64,000 nt of DNA from Eubacteriales bacterium (GTDB taxonomy: Bacteria > Bacillota > Clostridia > Oscillospirales > CAG-272): NCBI GenBank assembly GCA_045633925.1, contig JAZQZG010000033.1:3032-67031 (forward strand), given 5' to 3'. The position numbers were made by a program, and so were the translations under genes. The notes beneath the pieces were generated by a model. It worked only from the letters and a program-made list of their open reading frames with translations. It was not told where the DNA came from and searched no databases. Below are positions 19,963 to 29,573 of the stretch, piece by piece; the first letter of the stretch is position 1; each line of letters starts with the position of its first letter.

Positions 19963-19999
19963 TATAAATTCCGCAATACGTCAATAAAGCTGCGGCTTG
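19963..19999 (+). repeat. Direct repeat copy 2 (37 nt)
   Basis: Sequence tataaattccgcaatacgtcaataaagctgcggcttg. Confidence 0.9.
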
Positions 20000-20059
20000 G
20001 TATTCTTGGCAAAAAATATAAATCATTCATTTTTGTAAAATAAATTTAGAGGTGATTCT

Positions 20060-20965
20060 ATGAAAAAAATAATTTCTTTTATTTTGGCGTTTATATTTGT
20101 TTTCGGTCTTGTTTCTTGTGCGTCTAACGAGGAAGACAAAGGCGAAGACAAACAGAAAAACTCGGAAGAGGAATGTGTTTCATGTGTTGATTCTGATAAC
20201 GATTTAAAATGCGATGTTTGTAAGAAGCCTATGTCAAAAAAACGTTTAGTATGCGGTGTAACGTATATTACTTCCATGTGCGAAAAGGATGCTAACGGAG
20301 AGTGGACAGGCTTCGAGATTGAGTTTGCACGTGAGGTAGGAAAGCTTATCGGTATGGAAGTTGAATTCGAAATGATTCATTGGCCAAACAAGTATACGTC
20401 GCTTGATTCCGGTAGTATAGATTGTATATGGAATGCTTTCGATGCCGTTGCTTTGGAAAATGGCGAAACAAAAAGAAGCGAGCTTGTTGATTTTTCTTAT
20501 GGCTACATTTCCAATCACTCGGTAATCGTAGTTAACAAGAATGACCTTGCAAAATATACGAGCGAGGAAAGCTTTAGAGGCAAGCGTGCTTGTGTTGAAA
20601 AGGGAAGTGTATATGAGGATTTTGTAAGATATTTGACAGAGGACGTAGCAGAGGTTAATGATTATATAGATGCTTTGAACTCGCTTAAATCGGGCAAGGT
20701 TGATTTTATAATGATTGACAGTATTTATGCCAATAGTCTTTGCGGTGAGGGGGATTATGCTGACCTTGTGATCATTGAGGACGTAGAATTTGATTTTGAC
20801 GTTTTTGAGGTTTATGCAGTTGGTTTTAAGAAGGGTAGCGATCTCACTGAAAAGGTAAACGCAGGAATAAAACAGCTTTTCGATAATGGAAAGGTTTATG
20901 AGATAGCTAAAAAGTGGAATTTAGAGAATTCCTTGCGCTTGACAGAAGACGTTACGAAGATTTGA
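20060..20965 (+). CDS. Lipoprotein, family-3 (amino-acid type) ABC substrate-binding protein with a Cys-rich N-terminal insert
   Basis: Lipobox GLVSC. SBP_bac_3-like core ...GFEIEFAREVGKLIGMEVEF..I.W......L.SG.IDCIWN.... No cognate permease or ATPase gene is adjacent. Confidence 0.7.
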   Translation: MKKIISFILAFIFVFGLVSCASNEEDKGEDKQKNSEEECVSCVDSDNDLKCDVCKKPMSKKRLVCGVTYITSMCEKDANGEWTGFEIEFAREVGKLIGMEVEFEMIHWPNKYTSLDSGSIDCIWNAFDAVALENGETKRSELVDFSYGYISNHSVIVVNKNDLAKYTSEESFRGKRACVEKGSVYEDFVRYLTEDVAEVNDYIDALNSLKSGKVDFIMIDSIYANSLCGEGDYADLVIIEDVEFDFDVFEVYAVGFKKGSDLTEKVNAGIKQLFDNGKVYEIAKKWNLENSLRLTEDVTKI

Positions 20966-20990
20966 TCGACGCTGTTTAGTGTATTTTATT

Positions 20991-21012
20991 TTGAGATTGA
21001 ATTGAGATTGAA
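20991..21012 (+). repeat. Perfect tandem duplication of an 11-mer (ttgagattgaa x2) 20 nt upstream of miaA
   Basis: 20991-21001 and 21002-21012 are identical. Confidence 0.9.
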
Positions 21013-21032
21013 ATTTTATTAAAGGGTTTTTT

Positions 21033-21983
21033 ATGCCAAACAAGAAAAAAATAATAGCCGTTGTAGGCGCCACCGCAAGTGGGAAAAGTGCTTTGGCATT
21101 AGAGCTTGCCAAGCGATATGACGGTGAGATAGTTTCCTGCGATTCAATGCAGATATACAGAGAAATGAATATAGGCACTGCAAAGCCCACGAAGAAAGAA
21201 ATGCTTGAGGTAAGGCATCATATGATAGATATCGTTGATCCTGACGTAGGCTTTTCCTGCGAGGATTATGCAAAGTATGCCGCGGCAGCTACTGAGGATA
21301 TATGCTCTCGCGGAAAGCTTCCTATTGTTTGCGGTGGAACGGGATTGTATCTTGATACCTTGCTTCGTGGCGGAAGCTCTGCGCCAACTTTTGATACGGC
21401 GGAAATCCGTGCGCAACTCTGCGCCAGAGCTCAATTTGAGGGCATTATGTCGTTATATGAGGAGCTGAGGGCGGTAGACCCGGAAAGCGCTGAGTCTATA
21501 CATCCAAATAACGAGAAGAGAGTTATAAGAGCGTTGGAGATATATCTTGCTACGGGCAAGAAAAAATCAGAGCTTGATAGACTTTCTGCGAGTGTTGATT
21601 CGGTTTACGATGCTACGGTTGTTTGCTTGTCGTATAAAAATAGACAGATTCTTTATGACAGGATAGACACCCGAGTGGATCAGATGCTCTCCGAGGGGCT
21701 TGTTGAGGAAACCGTAAAGCTTATGGATATGGGCGTTTTTGAGGCTAATAAAACAGCGGCTCAGGCGATAGGATACAAGGAGCTGTTCTCTTATATTCGA
21801 GGAGAGGAATCTCTTGAAATTGCCGTTGATAATTTGAAGCGTGCGACAAGAAGATATGCAAAAAGACAGATAACTTGGTTTTCCGCCAAGTCTTATGTTA
21901 CACCGCTTTTTGTGGATGATGGAGAGAGTATAAGAAGCTTTGAAGATATTGTAAATATTGCAAAAAATATCTTTCTTATTTGA
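21033..21983 (+). CDS. miaA: tRNA dimethylallyltransferase
   Basis: P-loop GATASGKSALA, ...SCDSMQIYREMNIGTAKP..., ...GGTGLY...; 316 aa. Confidence 0.95.
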   Translation: MPNKKKIIAVVGATASGKSALALELAKRYDGEIVSCDSMQIYREMNIGTAKPTKKEMLEVRHHMIDIVDPDVGFSCEDYAKYAAAATEDICSRGKLPIVCGGTGLYLDTLLRGGSSAPTFDTAEIRAQLCARAQFEGIMSLYEELRAVDPESAESIHPNNEKRVIRALEIYLATGKKKSELDRLSASVDSVYDATVVCLSYKNRQILYDRIDTRVDQMLSEGLVEETVKLMDMGVFEANKTAAQAIGYKELFSYIRGEESLEIAVDNLKRATRRYAKRQITWFSAKSYVTPLFVDDGESIRSFEDIVNIAKNIFLI

Positions 21984-22041
21984 GCTTTTTGTGGTATAAT
22001 AATATATAATTTAATTTTGTAGGAAAAAGGAGGTAAACGAT

Positions 22042-23295
22042 ATGTCTACGGTCAAAAAAAGACCGGCTTTGCCGAGAGTTGTTATGATAGTTTTGGCAAC
22101 GCTGATCTTCGTGTATATGGCGTATCATTTGGCCAACCTTTTTCTTGTAAAAAAAGTAGAGACGATTATTTCCGGTGTGACCGTGGAGAGTGATACCGTT
22201 AGCGGAACCGGTTATATATTTCGAGATGAGACCCCTATGTACGGTGATGATGTAGGTGCGGTTGATTATCATGTTAGTGATGGAGAGAAGATTTCGGTAG
22301 GACAGAAGATAGCAAACATTTATAAGCTTTCTGACAAGACTAGCGCGGAAATTGCAAAAAGAGAGCTTTTTCTTACCGATAAGAAGATAGCGCTTCTTGA
22401 AAAGAGTATCATAAGTGATGCAGAGGTTACTGATCCTGCAATACTCAAGAGTCAAGCGAATGACGTATATTTTAGTCTTCTTAACTTGATGGCGGAGAAT
22501 GATACGAGCGAACTTGACGTTCAGATAGAAAAAATGATGGTGACGTTAAATAAACTGAATATGTTGCCCTCAGGTACCTCTAATGTGAACGCAACGCTTG
22601 AAATACTTAAAGCTCAAAGAAATCAGTATCTTGTGGGTGAGAGTATAGAGCAATATTCAACAATAAGCGGATATTTTTATTATACGACTGACGGCTTTGA
22701 GTCTAAGTTTTCTTCCGCAGCGCTTGAAAATATGACGGCGGACAGATTTTATTCTCTTGCGTACGAATATAATAATTCAAAGCCTGCTATCCCCTCGGAG
22801 ATCTTTGGAAAATTAGCTTTTAACACACGTTGGAATTTTGCTCTTCCGATATCTCAGGCAAAGGCAGAGTCTCTTGAGGTGGGTAATGATTATAAGTTGA
22901 CTTTCAAGGAGAATAATAATACCACGCTTACGATGACCTTGAAGAACAAGATTGAGGCAAAGACGCGCGGAGAGACGGTATTGGTGTTTGAGTGTAATAA
23001 GCTTCCGCAGAATTTTTCACTTGAGCGCTGTCAGAATGCGGAGATAGAGCTTTCTTCGATTGAGGGGATTTACGTTCCTATGTCTGCAATGGCAAGAGAG
23101 GATGGGATTCTCGGCGTATATATTGCAAGAGGAAGCGTTGTGTTTTTCAACAAGGTTGACGTAATTTACAGAGCGTATGATTATTGTTTGGTTGCAAAAA
23201 CAGGAGAGCCGGAGGGCGGCTATGATTACCTTGCGACAAACGAACTTATTATAACGAATGGAAAAAATATGTTCCACGGAAGGGTACTGGAATGA
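22042..23295 (+). CDS. Membrane-anchored HlyD/barrel-sandwich-hybrid-like protein at the start of the ylmE-sepF cluster
   Basis: One N-terminal TM helix; ...VSDGEKISVGQKIANIY... lipoyl-like hairpin motif; a coiled-coil-like middle region. Its stop overlaps the start of the next gene (ATGA). Confidence 0.45.
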   Translation: MSTVKKRPALPRVVMIVLATLIFVYMAYHLANLFLVKKVETIISGVTVESDTVSGTGYIFRDETPMYGDDVGAVDYHVSDGEKISVGQKIANIYKLSDKTSAEIAKRELFLTDKKIALLEKSIISDAEVTDPAILKSQANDVYFSLLNLMAENDTSELDVQIEKMMVTLNKLNMLPSGTSNVNATLEILKAQRNQYLVGESIEQYSTISGYFYYTTDGFESKFSSAALENMTADRFYSLAYEYNNSKPAIPSEIFGKLAFNTRWNFALPISQAKAESLEVGNDYKLTFKENNNTTLTMTLKNKIEAKTRGETVLVFECNKLPQNFSLERCQNAEIELSSIEGIYVPMSAMAREDGILGVYIARGSVVFFNKVDVIYRAYDYCLVAKTGEPEGGYDYLATNELIITNGKNMFHGRVLE

Positions 23296-23984
23296 GTTTT
23301 GAGTATATAGACCGTAATGTTGCAGCTGTTGCGGAAAAAATAGAACTTGCAAAGCAAAAAGCCGGACGAGATGATGACGTAATGCTTTTGGCGGCAGTAA
23401 AATATGCAGAACCGTGTGAGATAGAGTATCTTTATCATCATGCCGGAATTAAGCACGTAGGCGAGAACCGTGTTCAGCAGTTGCTCTCGCACAGAGAAGC
23501 AATCGACTGCGAGGGATTGGATTTTCACTTTATAGGAACCTTGCAGACAAATAAGGTAAAATATATTATCGATAAGGTGAGTATGATTCATTCTCTTGAT
23601 TCGATAAAACTTGCCGCAGAGATAGATCGTCAGGCAAAAAAGCACGGTATAATTATGGACGTGCTAGTTGAGATAAACAGCGGAGCAGAGGAGAGCAAAA
23701 GCGGAGTTTTGCCCGAGAATCTGGAAAGCTTTTGTGAGGAAATTTCGCGCTTTGAAAACATAAATCACAAAGGTTTTATGACTATGGCGCCGAAATGCGA
23801 AAAAAAAGAAGAATATTTAAAATATTTTCAACAAACTTATCAGCAAGTCCTTGACATTTGGGCAAAAAAAAGGCATAATATAGATAGGCCTATTATTTCG
23901 ATGGGAATGAGCGATAGCTTCGAGGAAGCGATAGCTTGTGGCTCGAATATCGTGAGAGTAGGACGTGGACTTTTTTTGAAATAA
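23292..23984 (+). CDS. YggS/YlmE-family pyridoxal-phosphate homeostasis protein
   Basis: Motifs ...LLAAVKYA... (PLP lysine context), HVGENRVQ, HFIGTLQTNKVK, SMGMS.D...AI..GS..VRVG; 230 aa. Confidence 0.9.
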   Translation: MSFEYIDRNVAAVAEKIELAKQKAGRDDDVMLLAAVKYAEPCEIEYLYHHAGIKHVGENRVQQLLSHREAIDCEGLDFHFIGTLQTNKVKYIIDKVSMIHSLDSIKLAAEIDRQAKKHGIIMDVLVEINSGAEESKSGVLPENLESFCEEISRFENINHKGFMTMAPKCEKKEEYLKYFQQTYQQVLDIWAKKRHNIDRPIISMGMSDSFEEAIACGSNIVRVGRGLFLK

Positions 23985-24018
23985 AAAATAAATATTAAGA
24001 TATATGGAGGAAGAAAAA

Positions 24019-24438
24019 ATGGCGATTTTTGGAAAGAAAGCAGGGTTCGGATTTGGCTCTGACAGAGATGATGATTTTGGCGGATACGACAACGACAACG
24101 CGTTCGAGGATGATATTCAGGAGGATGATGCAGTAGCTGTAGAAGCACCTGCCGCACCTGCATTTAATGCAACTCCCGTTTCCTTGAAGATAGTTACCCC
24201 CAAGGCGTATGAGGATGCAAAGGAGATTACTGATTTCCTTATGAACGGAAACACCGTTCTTTTGAACATGGATAGCATCAGCCGTGAGATCGCTGTACGT
24301 ATTCTTGATTACCTCAAGGGTGCAGTTCAGGTTGTTGGCGGTATGATTACCAAGGTTGGAAAGACCACTATAGTTGTTGCTCCCAAGAACGTTGACGTTA
24401 GCAGCATAGAGGCTATGGTAGGACCTACCGAGCAGTAA
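24019..24438 (+). CDS. sepF: Cell division protein SepF
   Basis: C-terminal core ...P..YEDAKEITDFLMNGNTVLLNMDSISREIAVRILDYLKGAVQVVGG.I.KVG...... Start placed at ATG 24019, preceded by GGAGG; the track start at 24004 would lie on the RBS. Confidence 0.9.
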   Translation: MAIFGKKAGFGFGSDRDDDFGGYDNDNAFEDDIQEDDAVAVEAPAAPAFNATPVSLKIVTPKAYEDAKEITDFLMNGNTVLLNMDSISREIAVRILDYLKGAVQVVGGMITKVGKTTIVVAPKNVDVSSIEAMVGPTEQ

Positions 24439-24598
24439 TTCGATAAAAATTACATAATATCAGGGGTTGAATTATTCGGTATGGAAGAATGCGCACACGG
24501 TCGCATTTGTGTGCTTTCTGCAGAACGATGATTCAGCCCCAAATAAAATGCTTTGGATTTTTAGTGCGTGTAATAAAGGAGAGAGGAGGAGCTTTGAC

Positions 24599-24871
24599 TT
24601 GAGTTGGGTTATTGTTGCCGAGATATTTAAGAGTACCGTTTCGATAATACTTGTGGCTTTGCAAATTGCGATGACTGCGAGAGCTATACTTTCGTGGTTT
24701 CCCGTAGAGCAAAATAAATTTATAGTGTTCTTAAACGTGATAACAGAACCGATAGTTTATCCGGTTAGAAAGCTCTTCGAGAAGATGAATTGGTTTCAAG
24801 GTATACCGCTTGATATGTCCTTTATGACCACGTATTTGATAATTTCTATTATCTTGTTGTTCTTGGCTTAG
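24599..24871 (+). CDS. YggT/YlmG-family membrane protein
   Basis: ARAILSWFP motif and two TM helices. Start proposed at TTG 24599, 9 nt after AGGAGG, giving 90 aa; the track N-terminal 44 aa look non-coding. The start is uncertain. Confidence 0.75.
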   Translation: MSWVIVAEIFKSTVSIILVALQIAMTARAILSWFPVEQNKFIVFLNVITEPIVYPVRKLFEKMNWFQGIPLDMSFMTTYLIISIILLFLA

Positions 24872-24876
24872 AATTT

Positions 24877-25656
24877 ATGGATCTTAAGAAGGAAGAATTT
24901 TTTTATTCAAGGCTTGAGGATTTAAAGAGGTGCGCTATCCGAGGAAACTTAGGGATTAGCGCATTTTTCTCGCCGAGGGAGATCTTTACTGCAACTGAGT
25001 ATCTGAAGAGAAGCGGAGTGCAATTCGCTTTTTTTGGCGGTTATGGCGATGCTGAGAGAGCAAAATGCTATTTCCTTCCTGAATTTATGGAGGGGATAGA
25101 CGATATTGCAAAGATTTCGAATTTTGGATATTCATCGGAAATTGTTGCTCTGCAGATAAAGGGTAGCGGATTTGAAGGGCTTTCCCATCGTGCGATAATG
25201 GGATCGATTCTGGGGCTTGGTGTACAAAGAGATTCGATAGGTGATATCGTGCTGCTTTCCGAGAGTAGAGCGGTATTCTTTTGCGATGAGAGACTTTATG
25301 AGTTTTTCTTGAGTGATCTTAAGAAGATCGGGCGTGACACGGTTAAGATCGAGCGCATAGAGCTTGAGAGCGTGAGTATTCCCGAGAGACGATTTTTACG
25401 AATAAGTGACACGGTAGCATCGGCAAGACTTGATTGTATCGTTGCCGCACTTTGCGCTTTGTCACGAGAGAGAGCTAAAGATAGAATAGAACAATCGACA
25501 GTTGAGCTGAATTATGAGCTTGAGGAGCGCCCTGATAGAGAGGTGATAGCGCCTGCAATTCTATCGGTGAGGGGCGTTGGTAAATTCCGAGTGCTGTCGG
25601 TGAGTGATAAAACGAAAAAGGGGAGATACCGCCTTTTGGCAGAGAAGTATCTCTAA
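24877..25656 (+). CDS. YlmH-like RNA-binding (S4-domain) protein
   Basis: Position after ylmG. C-terminal S4-like RLD..VA......SR..A...I....V.LN; 259 aa. Confidence 0.75.
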   Translation: MDLKKEEFFYSRLEDLKRCAIRGNLGISAFFSPREIFTATEYLKRSGVQFAFFGGYGDAERAKCYFLPEFMEGIDDIAKISNFGYSSEIVALQIKGSGFEGLSHRAIMGSILGLGVQRDSIGDIVLLSESRAVFFCDERLYEFFLSDLKKIGRDTVKIERIELESVSIPERRFLRISDTVASARLDCIVAALCALSRERAKDRIEQSTVELNYELEERPDREVIAPAILSVRGVGKFRVLSVSDKTKKGRYRLLAEKYL

Positions 25657-25676
25657 GATTGTAAAGGAGCAATAAT

Positions 25677-26360
25677 ATGCTTATATGGCTTTTAGTCGTA
25701 GCCGGAGTGGTAATATTAGATCAAGGCTCAAAATTGTTGGTATGGTACGTAATGGGACTTGACGAGGCAGGTGAAAGTATTCCTCTTATAGAGGATTTTC
25801 TGCATTTTACTCACGTAAAGAATACCGGAGCTGCTTTCGGTATGTTCGGCGAGGAGAATCAAAGATGGATATTTATGGTGATATCTGTTTTGGGAATCTG
25901 CGCCCTGCTTGTTTATTTGTGGAAATTCCGACCCGAATCAAAGCTTGCTTGTACCGCACTTTCTATGGTTATAGGCGGTGGTATAGGAAATATGATAGAC
26001 CGAAGCTTCCGCGTTGGAATTATTAAAGGCGAGGAGAGAAATTTTGTCTTTGATTTTATAGATTTTCGTGGATTAGGAGATCTTTGGAAATGGACGTTTA
26101 ACGTAGCAGATGCATTTGTTTGCGTCGGCGCTGGATTGCTTATAATTTGGTGTATTTATGCATTTATAAAAGAGATTAAGGCGGAGCGTCTTAAGAAGGC
26201 TTCCGCGGGGTCGGAAAATGCCGTTGAGAGTGAGGATGCTGCTTTGAATGAGGAGAGTGCGTTAAGCTCTGAGGCGGAAGGCGAAATTGATGCTTCTACA
26301 GAGGTGTCCGAGGAATTATCTGAGCAGAACAGCTCTGAGGAGACTGAGGAAAAGGAATAA
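25677..26360 (+). CDS. lspA: Lipoprotein signal peptidase II with a roughly 60-aa acidic C-terminal tail
   Basis: Motifs DQ.SK..V, NTGAAFG, GGGIGNMIDR, FNVAD. The tail reads SENAVESEDAALNEESALSSEAEGEIDASTEVSEELSEQNSSEETEEKE. Confidence 0.9.
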   Translation: MLIWLLVVAGVVILDQGSKLLVWYVMGLDEAGESIPLIEDFLHFTHVKNTGAAFGMFGEENQRWIFMVISVLGICALLVYLWKFRPESKLACTALSMVIGGGIGNMIDRSFRVGIIKGEERNFVFDFIDFRGLGDLWKWTFNVADAFVCVGAGLLIIWCIYAFIKEIKAERLKKASAGSENAVESEDAALNEESALSSEAEGEIDASTEVSEELSEQNSSEETEEKE

Positions 26361-26380
26361 ATAAGGATTTAGATAAACGG

Positions 26381-27400
26381 GTGAGTGATATGGGAGAAGA
26401 AATCTTCTTTGAAAGTGAATATCAAGAGGATATCTCTGATGGCAACACTTGCCTTGAGCTTGTTGCAGAGAAGGACGATGCAGGCAAGCGTATAGACGCC
26501 TATATAGCTGAAAAAACCGATCTTACACGTTCTGCGGCATCACGCTTGATAGAGAATGGTGATGCGCTTGTTGTCGGCGCAGAGGACAAAAAAACGGCTA
26601 AGAATTACAGGATGCGTGAAGGAGATAGAATATCGGTTCGTCTTCCCGAGCCCGAGCCTTGCGAGGCAATTCCTGAGAATATCCCGATAGACGTGATATT
26701 TGAGGATGATGATATAATCGTTGTTAACAAGGCGGAGGGAATGGTGGTGCATCCCGCTCCCGGAAATCCGAGCGGTACACTTGTCAACGCATTGCTGTAT
26801 CATTGCAAGAATAATCTTTCGGGAATAGGCGGAGTCATTCGCCCCGGAATCGTTCATCGAATAGATAAGGATACGGGAGGACTTTTGGTCGTTGCAAAGA
26901 ACGATGCGGCGCATTTGTTCTTGAGTGAGGAGATAAAGTATCACCGAGTGCAGAGAATTTATCACGCAATAGTTAAGGGGAATTTCTCAGAGGATACGGG
27001 AACTGTGAATGCGCCGATTGGACGTCATCCTATCGACAGAAAGAAAATGGCTGTAATTAAGAGTGACGAATATAAGAGCCGCGAGGCAATAACGCATTGG
27101 AAGGTTCTTGAGCGCTTTGGACAGTTTACACACGTTGAGTGCCATCTTGAAACGGGGCGCACTCATCAGATAAGAGTGCACATGGCAAGCATTGGACATC
27201 CGCTTGTGGGAGATGCCGTTTACGGCGGTGGCGCAACTCCGTTTGAGCATAGACATAAGGCGTATATCGCAGGTCAGTGCCTTTTTGCGTCAAAACTTAT
27301 ACTAACACATCCGAGAACGCGTGAGGAAATGAGCTTTTTTGCACCGTTGCCCGAAAATTTTGAGAAGCTTTTGCAGATACTAAGAGCTTCGGTAGAATAA
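26381..27400 (+). CDS. rluD: RluA-family 23S rRNA pseudouridine synthase (RluD-like)
   Basis: N-terminal S4-like RID.Y..., catalytic HRIDKDTGGLLVVAKN, ...GRTHQIRVH.... The start could be ATG 26390 instead of GTG 26381. Confidence 0.9.
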   Translation: MSDMGEEIFFESEYQEDISDGNTCLELVAEKDDAGKRIDAYIAEKTDLTRSAASRLIENGDALVVGAEDKKTAKNYRMREGDRISVRLPEPEPCEAIPENIPIDVIFEDDDIIVVNKAEGMVVHPAPGNPSGTLVNALLYHCKNNLSGIGGVIRPGIVHRIDKDTGGLLVVAKNDAAHLFLSEEIKYHRVQRIYHAIVKGNFSEDTGTVNAPIGRHPIDRKKMAVIKSDEYKSREAITHWKVLERFGQFTHVECHLETGRTHQIRVHMASIGHPLVGDAVYGGGATPFEHRHKAYIAGQCLFASKLILTHPRTREEMSFFAPLPENFEKLLQILRASVE

Positions 27401-27416
27401 ACAAAAGGAAGAAAAA

Positions 27417-28250
27417 ATGGCTAAGAAGTTTGAGAAAATATTTATAGCGAGTGATCTTGACGGAACCTATTTTGATAGCAATACGTCTATCGTTAAGCGC
27501 AACGTGGAGCGAATCAAATATTTCTGTGAAAACGGCGGACATTTTACGTTTGCCACGGGAAGATTGCCGATATTTATAAAAAAGCATATACCGGATGCCG
27601 CTCCGCTCATCAATTTCCCTGCAGTTATGGGAAACGGTACTTGCCTTTTTGATTATACAAAGGGCGAGGCAATAGAGGAGTACTTCTTGGATACAAAGCT
27701 TCTTGCCGAGGTTGAGGCGTTTATATACCGCCATGCAGGGGTTGATGCGGCAATACGCGCAACCTATGATAAGGGAGTGCTTATGTCGACGTTGCAGAAT
27801 GAAAAGCTCAAGCACGAGTTTGATACGTTTCCCGAGTATATCGAGCGCAAGGTAGCTCCTGCGAGCGAGTGGGGTGGATATAAGCTTTATAAGTCGAATA
27901 TAAGAGGAAGAGCAGAGGTAATAGAGCCTTTGTATCCGCTTGTAATGAAGGAATTTTCCGACGTATTGTCGGTTACAACGTCCTCAAAGACGATGATAGA
28001 GATCATGCCGTACGGCACGAGCAAGGCTGCAATGCTTCAAAGCATTAAGGAAAAATATTTTAATAACGATATAATGCTTTGCACTGTAGGCGACTACGAT
28101 AACGATCTTGCAATGCACGCAATTTCCGATTTGCCGGTTTGCCCTTCGAATGCAAACGCCGCAGTCAAGGAGATCTGCAAGCTTCAGCTTTGCAGTAACG
28201 ATGACGGTGTTATCGGAGACTTGGTTGACTATTTTGATAAAAATATGTAA
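27417..28250 (+). CDS. Cof-type HAD-IIB hydrolase
   Basis: Motifs SDLDGTY..., ...FTFATGR..., ...GDYDNDL.M...; 277 aa. Confidence 0.8.
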   Translation: MAKKFEKIFIASDLDGTYFDSNTSIVKRNVERIKYFCENGGHFTFATGRLPIFIKKHIPDAAPLINFPAVMGNGTCLFDYTKGEAIEEYFLDTKLLAEVEAFIYRHAGVDAAIRATYDKGVLMSTLQNEKLKHEFDTFPEYIERKVAPASEWGGYKLYKSNIRGRAEVIEPLYPLVMKEFSDVLSVTTSSKTMIEIMPYGTSKAAMLQSIKEKYFNNDIMLCTVGDYDNDLAMHAISDLPVCPSNANAAVKEICKLQLCSNDDGVIGDLVDYFDKNM

Positions 28251-28261
28251 AAACGATATAA

Positions 28262-28296
28262 TAAAAAATCCTCCGTTTTGCGGAGGATTTTTTATT
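28262..28296. terminator. Bidirectional intrinsic terminator (convergent Cof gene and icd)
   Basis: Sequence aaaaaatcctccg-tttt-gcggaggatttttt. Confidence 0.85.
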
Positions 28297-28321
28297 ATAT
28301 GTTTAAAGATTGAGATATCAA

Positions 28322-29536
28322 TTAAGCAAGCTTTGCCTCAAGACGCTCGCGGATAGCCTTGATAAAGCCTATGGAATTTGTAGCGTGAGCCTCATAGCCC
28401 TCGCTTACAAGACCTACGAGGTCCTTGGTCATAATACCGTCGTTGAGAGTATCTATGCAAGCCTCCTCAAGCTTGTTTGCAAAGTCGATAAGCTCGGGAA
28501 GGTTATCAAGCTCACCTCTCTTGCGAAGAGCGCCCGACCACGCATAAATGGTAGCCATGGGGTTCGTGGAGGTGTCTTCTCCCTTAAGGTAACGGTAGTA
28601 GTGGCGGGTAACGGTTCCGTGAGCAGCCTCGTACTCGTAATTTCCGTCGGGAGAAACGAGAACAGAGGTCATCATAGCAAGAGAACCGAATGCGGTAGAT
28701 ACCATATCCGACATAACGTCTCCGTCATAGTTCTTGCATGCCCAGATGTATCCACCCTCACTGCGAATTACACGAGCAACAGCATCGTCGATGAGCGTGT
28801 AGAAGTATTCGATTCCAAGCTCCTCAAACTTTGCCTTGTAGTGTGTATCGTAGATGTCCTGGAAGATAAGCTTGAAGGTCTGATCGTACTTTTTGGAGAT
28901 AGTATCCTTAGTTGCAAACCAGAGATCCTGCTTTGTGTTTATAGCATACTGGAAGCAGGAGTGAGCAAAGGAGATGATAGAGGAATCCTTGTTGTACTGA
29001 CCCTGAAGAACGCCGCCGCACTCAAAGTCGTAAATCGTCTCTCTGAAGCTTGTTCCATCGTCACCGGTGAAAACGAGCTCTGCCTTACCCGTACCTTCAA
29101 CACGGTACTCGGTGGACTTGTATACGTCACCGTATGCATGACGGGCGATGGTAATAGGCTTCTTCCAGTTGCGAACAGCAGGCTTTATAGAGTCGATAAG
29201 TATGGGAGCACGGAAAACCGTTCCGTCAAGAATTGCACGAATGGTTCCGTTGGGGCTCTTCCACATCTCGGTGAGGTTGTATTCCTCAACTCTCTGCTTG
29301 TTTGGTGTGATAGTAGCGCACTTTACCGCAACTCCGTATTTCTTGGTTGCGTTTGCAGAATCAATGGTAACCTGGTCGCGAGTCTTTTCTCTCTCGGGAA
29401 GACCCAAGTCGTAATATTCGGTCTTGAGGTCAACGAAGGGGATAAGGAGCTCGTCCTTTATCATCTGCCAAAGAATTCTTGTCATTTCGTCACCATCCAT
29501 CTCAACGAGAGGGGTGGTCATTTTGATTTTTTTCAT
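28322..29536 (-). CDS. icd: NADP-dependent isocitrate dehydrogenase, subfamily II (eukaryote-like homodimeric type)
   Basis: N-terminus [29 protein letters not shown]; ...TITPN..R..E..L..MW.SPNGTIR...; 404 aa. Confidence 0.9.
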   Translation of the reverse strand: MKKIKMTTPLVEMDGDEMTRILWQMIKDELLIPFVDLKTEYYDLGLPEREKTRDQVTIDSANATKKYGVAVKCATITPNKQRVEEYNLTEMWKSPNGTIRAILDGTVFRAPILIDSIKPAVRNWKKPITIARHAYGDVYKSTEYRVEGTGKAELVFTGDDGTSFRETIYDFECGGVLQGQYNKDSSIISFAHSCFQYAINTKQDLWFATKDTISKKYDQTFKLIFQDIYDTHYKAKFEELGIEYFYTLIDDAVARVIRSEGGYIWACKNYDGDVMSDMVSTAFGSLAMMTSVLVSPDGNYEYEAAHGTVTRHYYRYLKGEDTSTNPMATIYAWSGALRKRGELDNLPELIDFANKLEEACIDTLNDGIMTKDLVGLVSEGYEAHATNSIGFIKAIRERLEAKLA

Positions 29537-29573
29537 AGTTCAATACCTCCGAACAGTTTGAAAAATTTTTATA

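Noticed and set aside
23262-23280. parS-like half site (tgttccacgg) near the end of the HlyD-like gene
   Set aside because: Only the first half matches the TGTTNCACGTGAAACA consensus, and there is no palindromic partner.
24467-24598. Long N-terminal extension of the YggT ORF (track start at 24467)
   Set aside because: The extension is not YggT-like, has no RBS and overlaps the hairpin region. A TTG at 24599 behind AGGAGG gives the canonical family length of about 90 aa.
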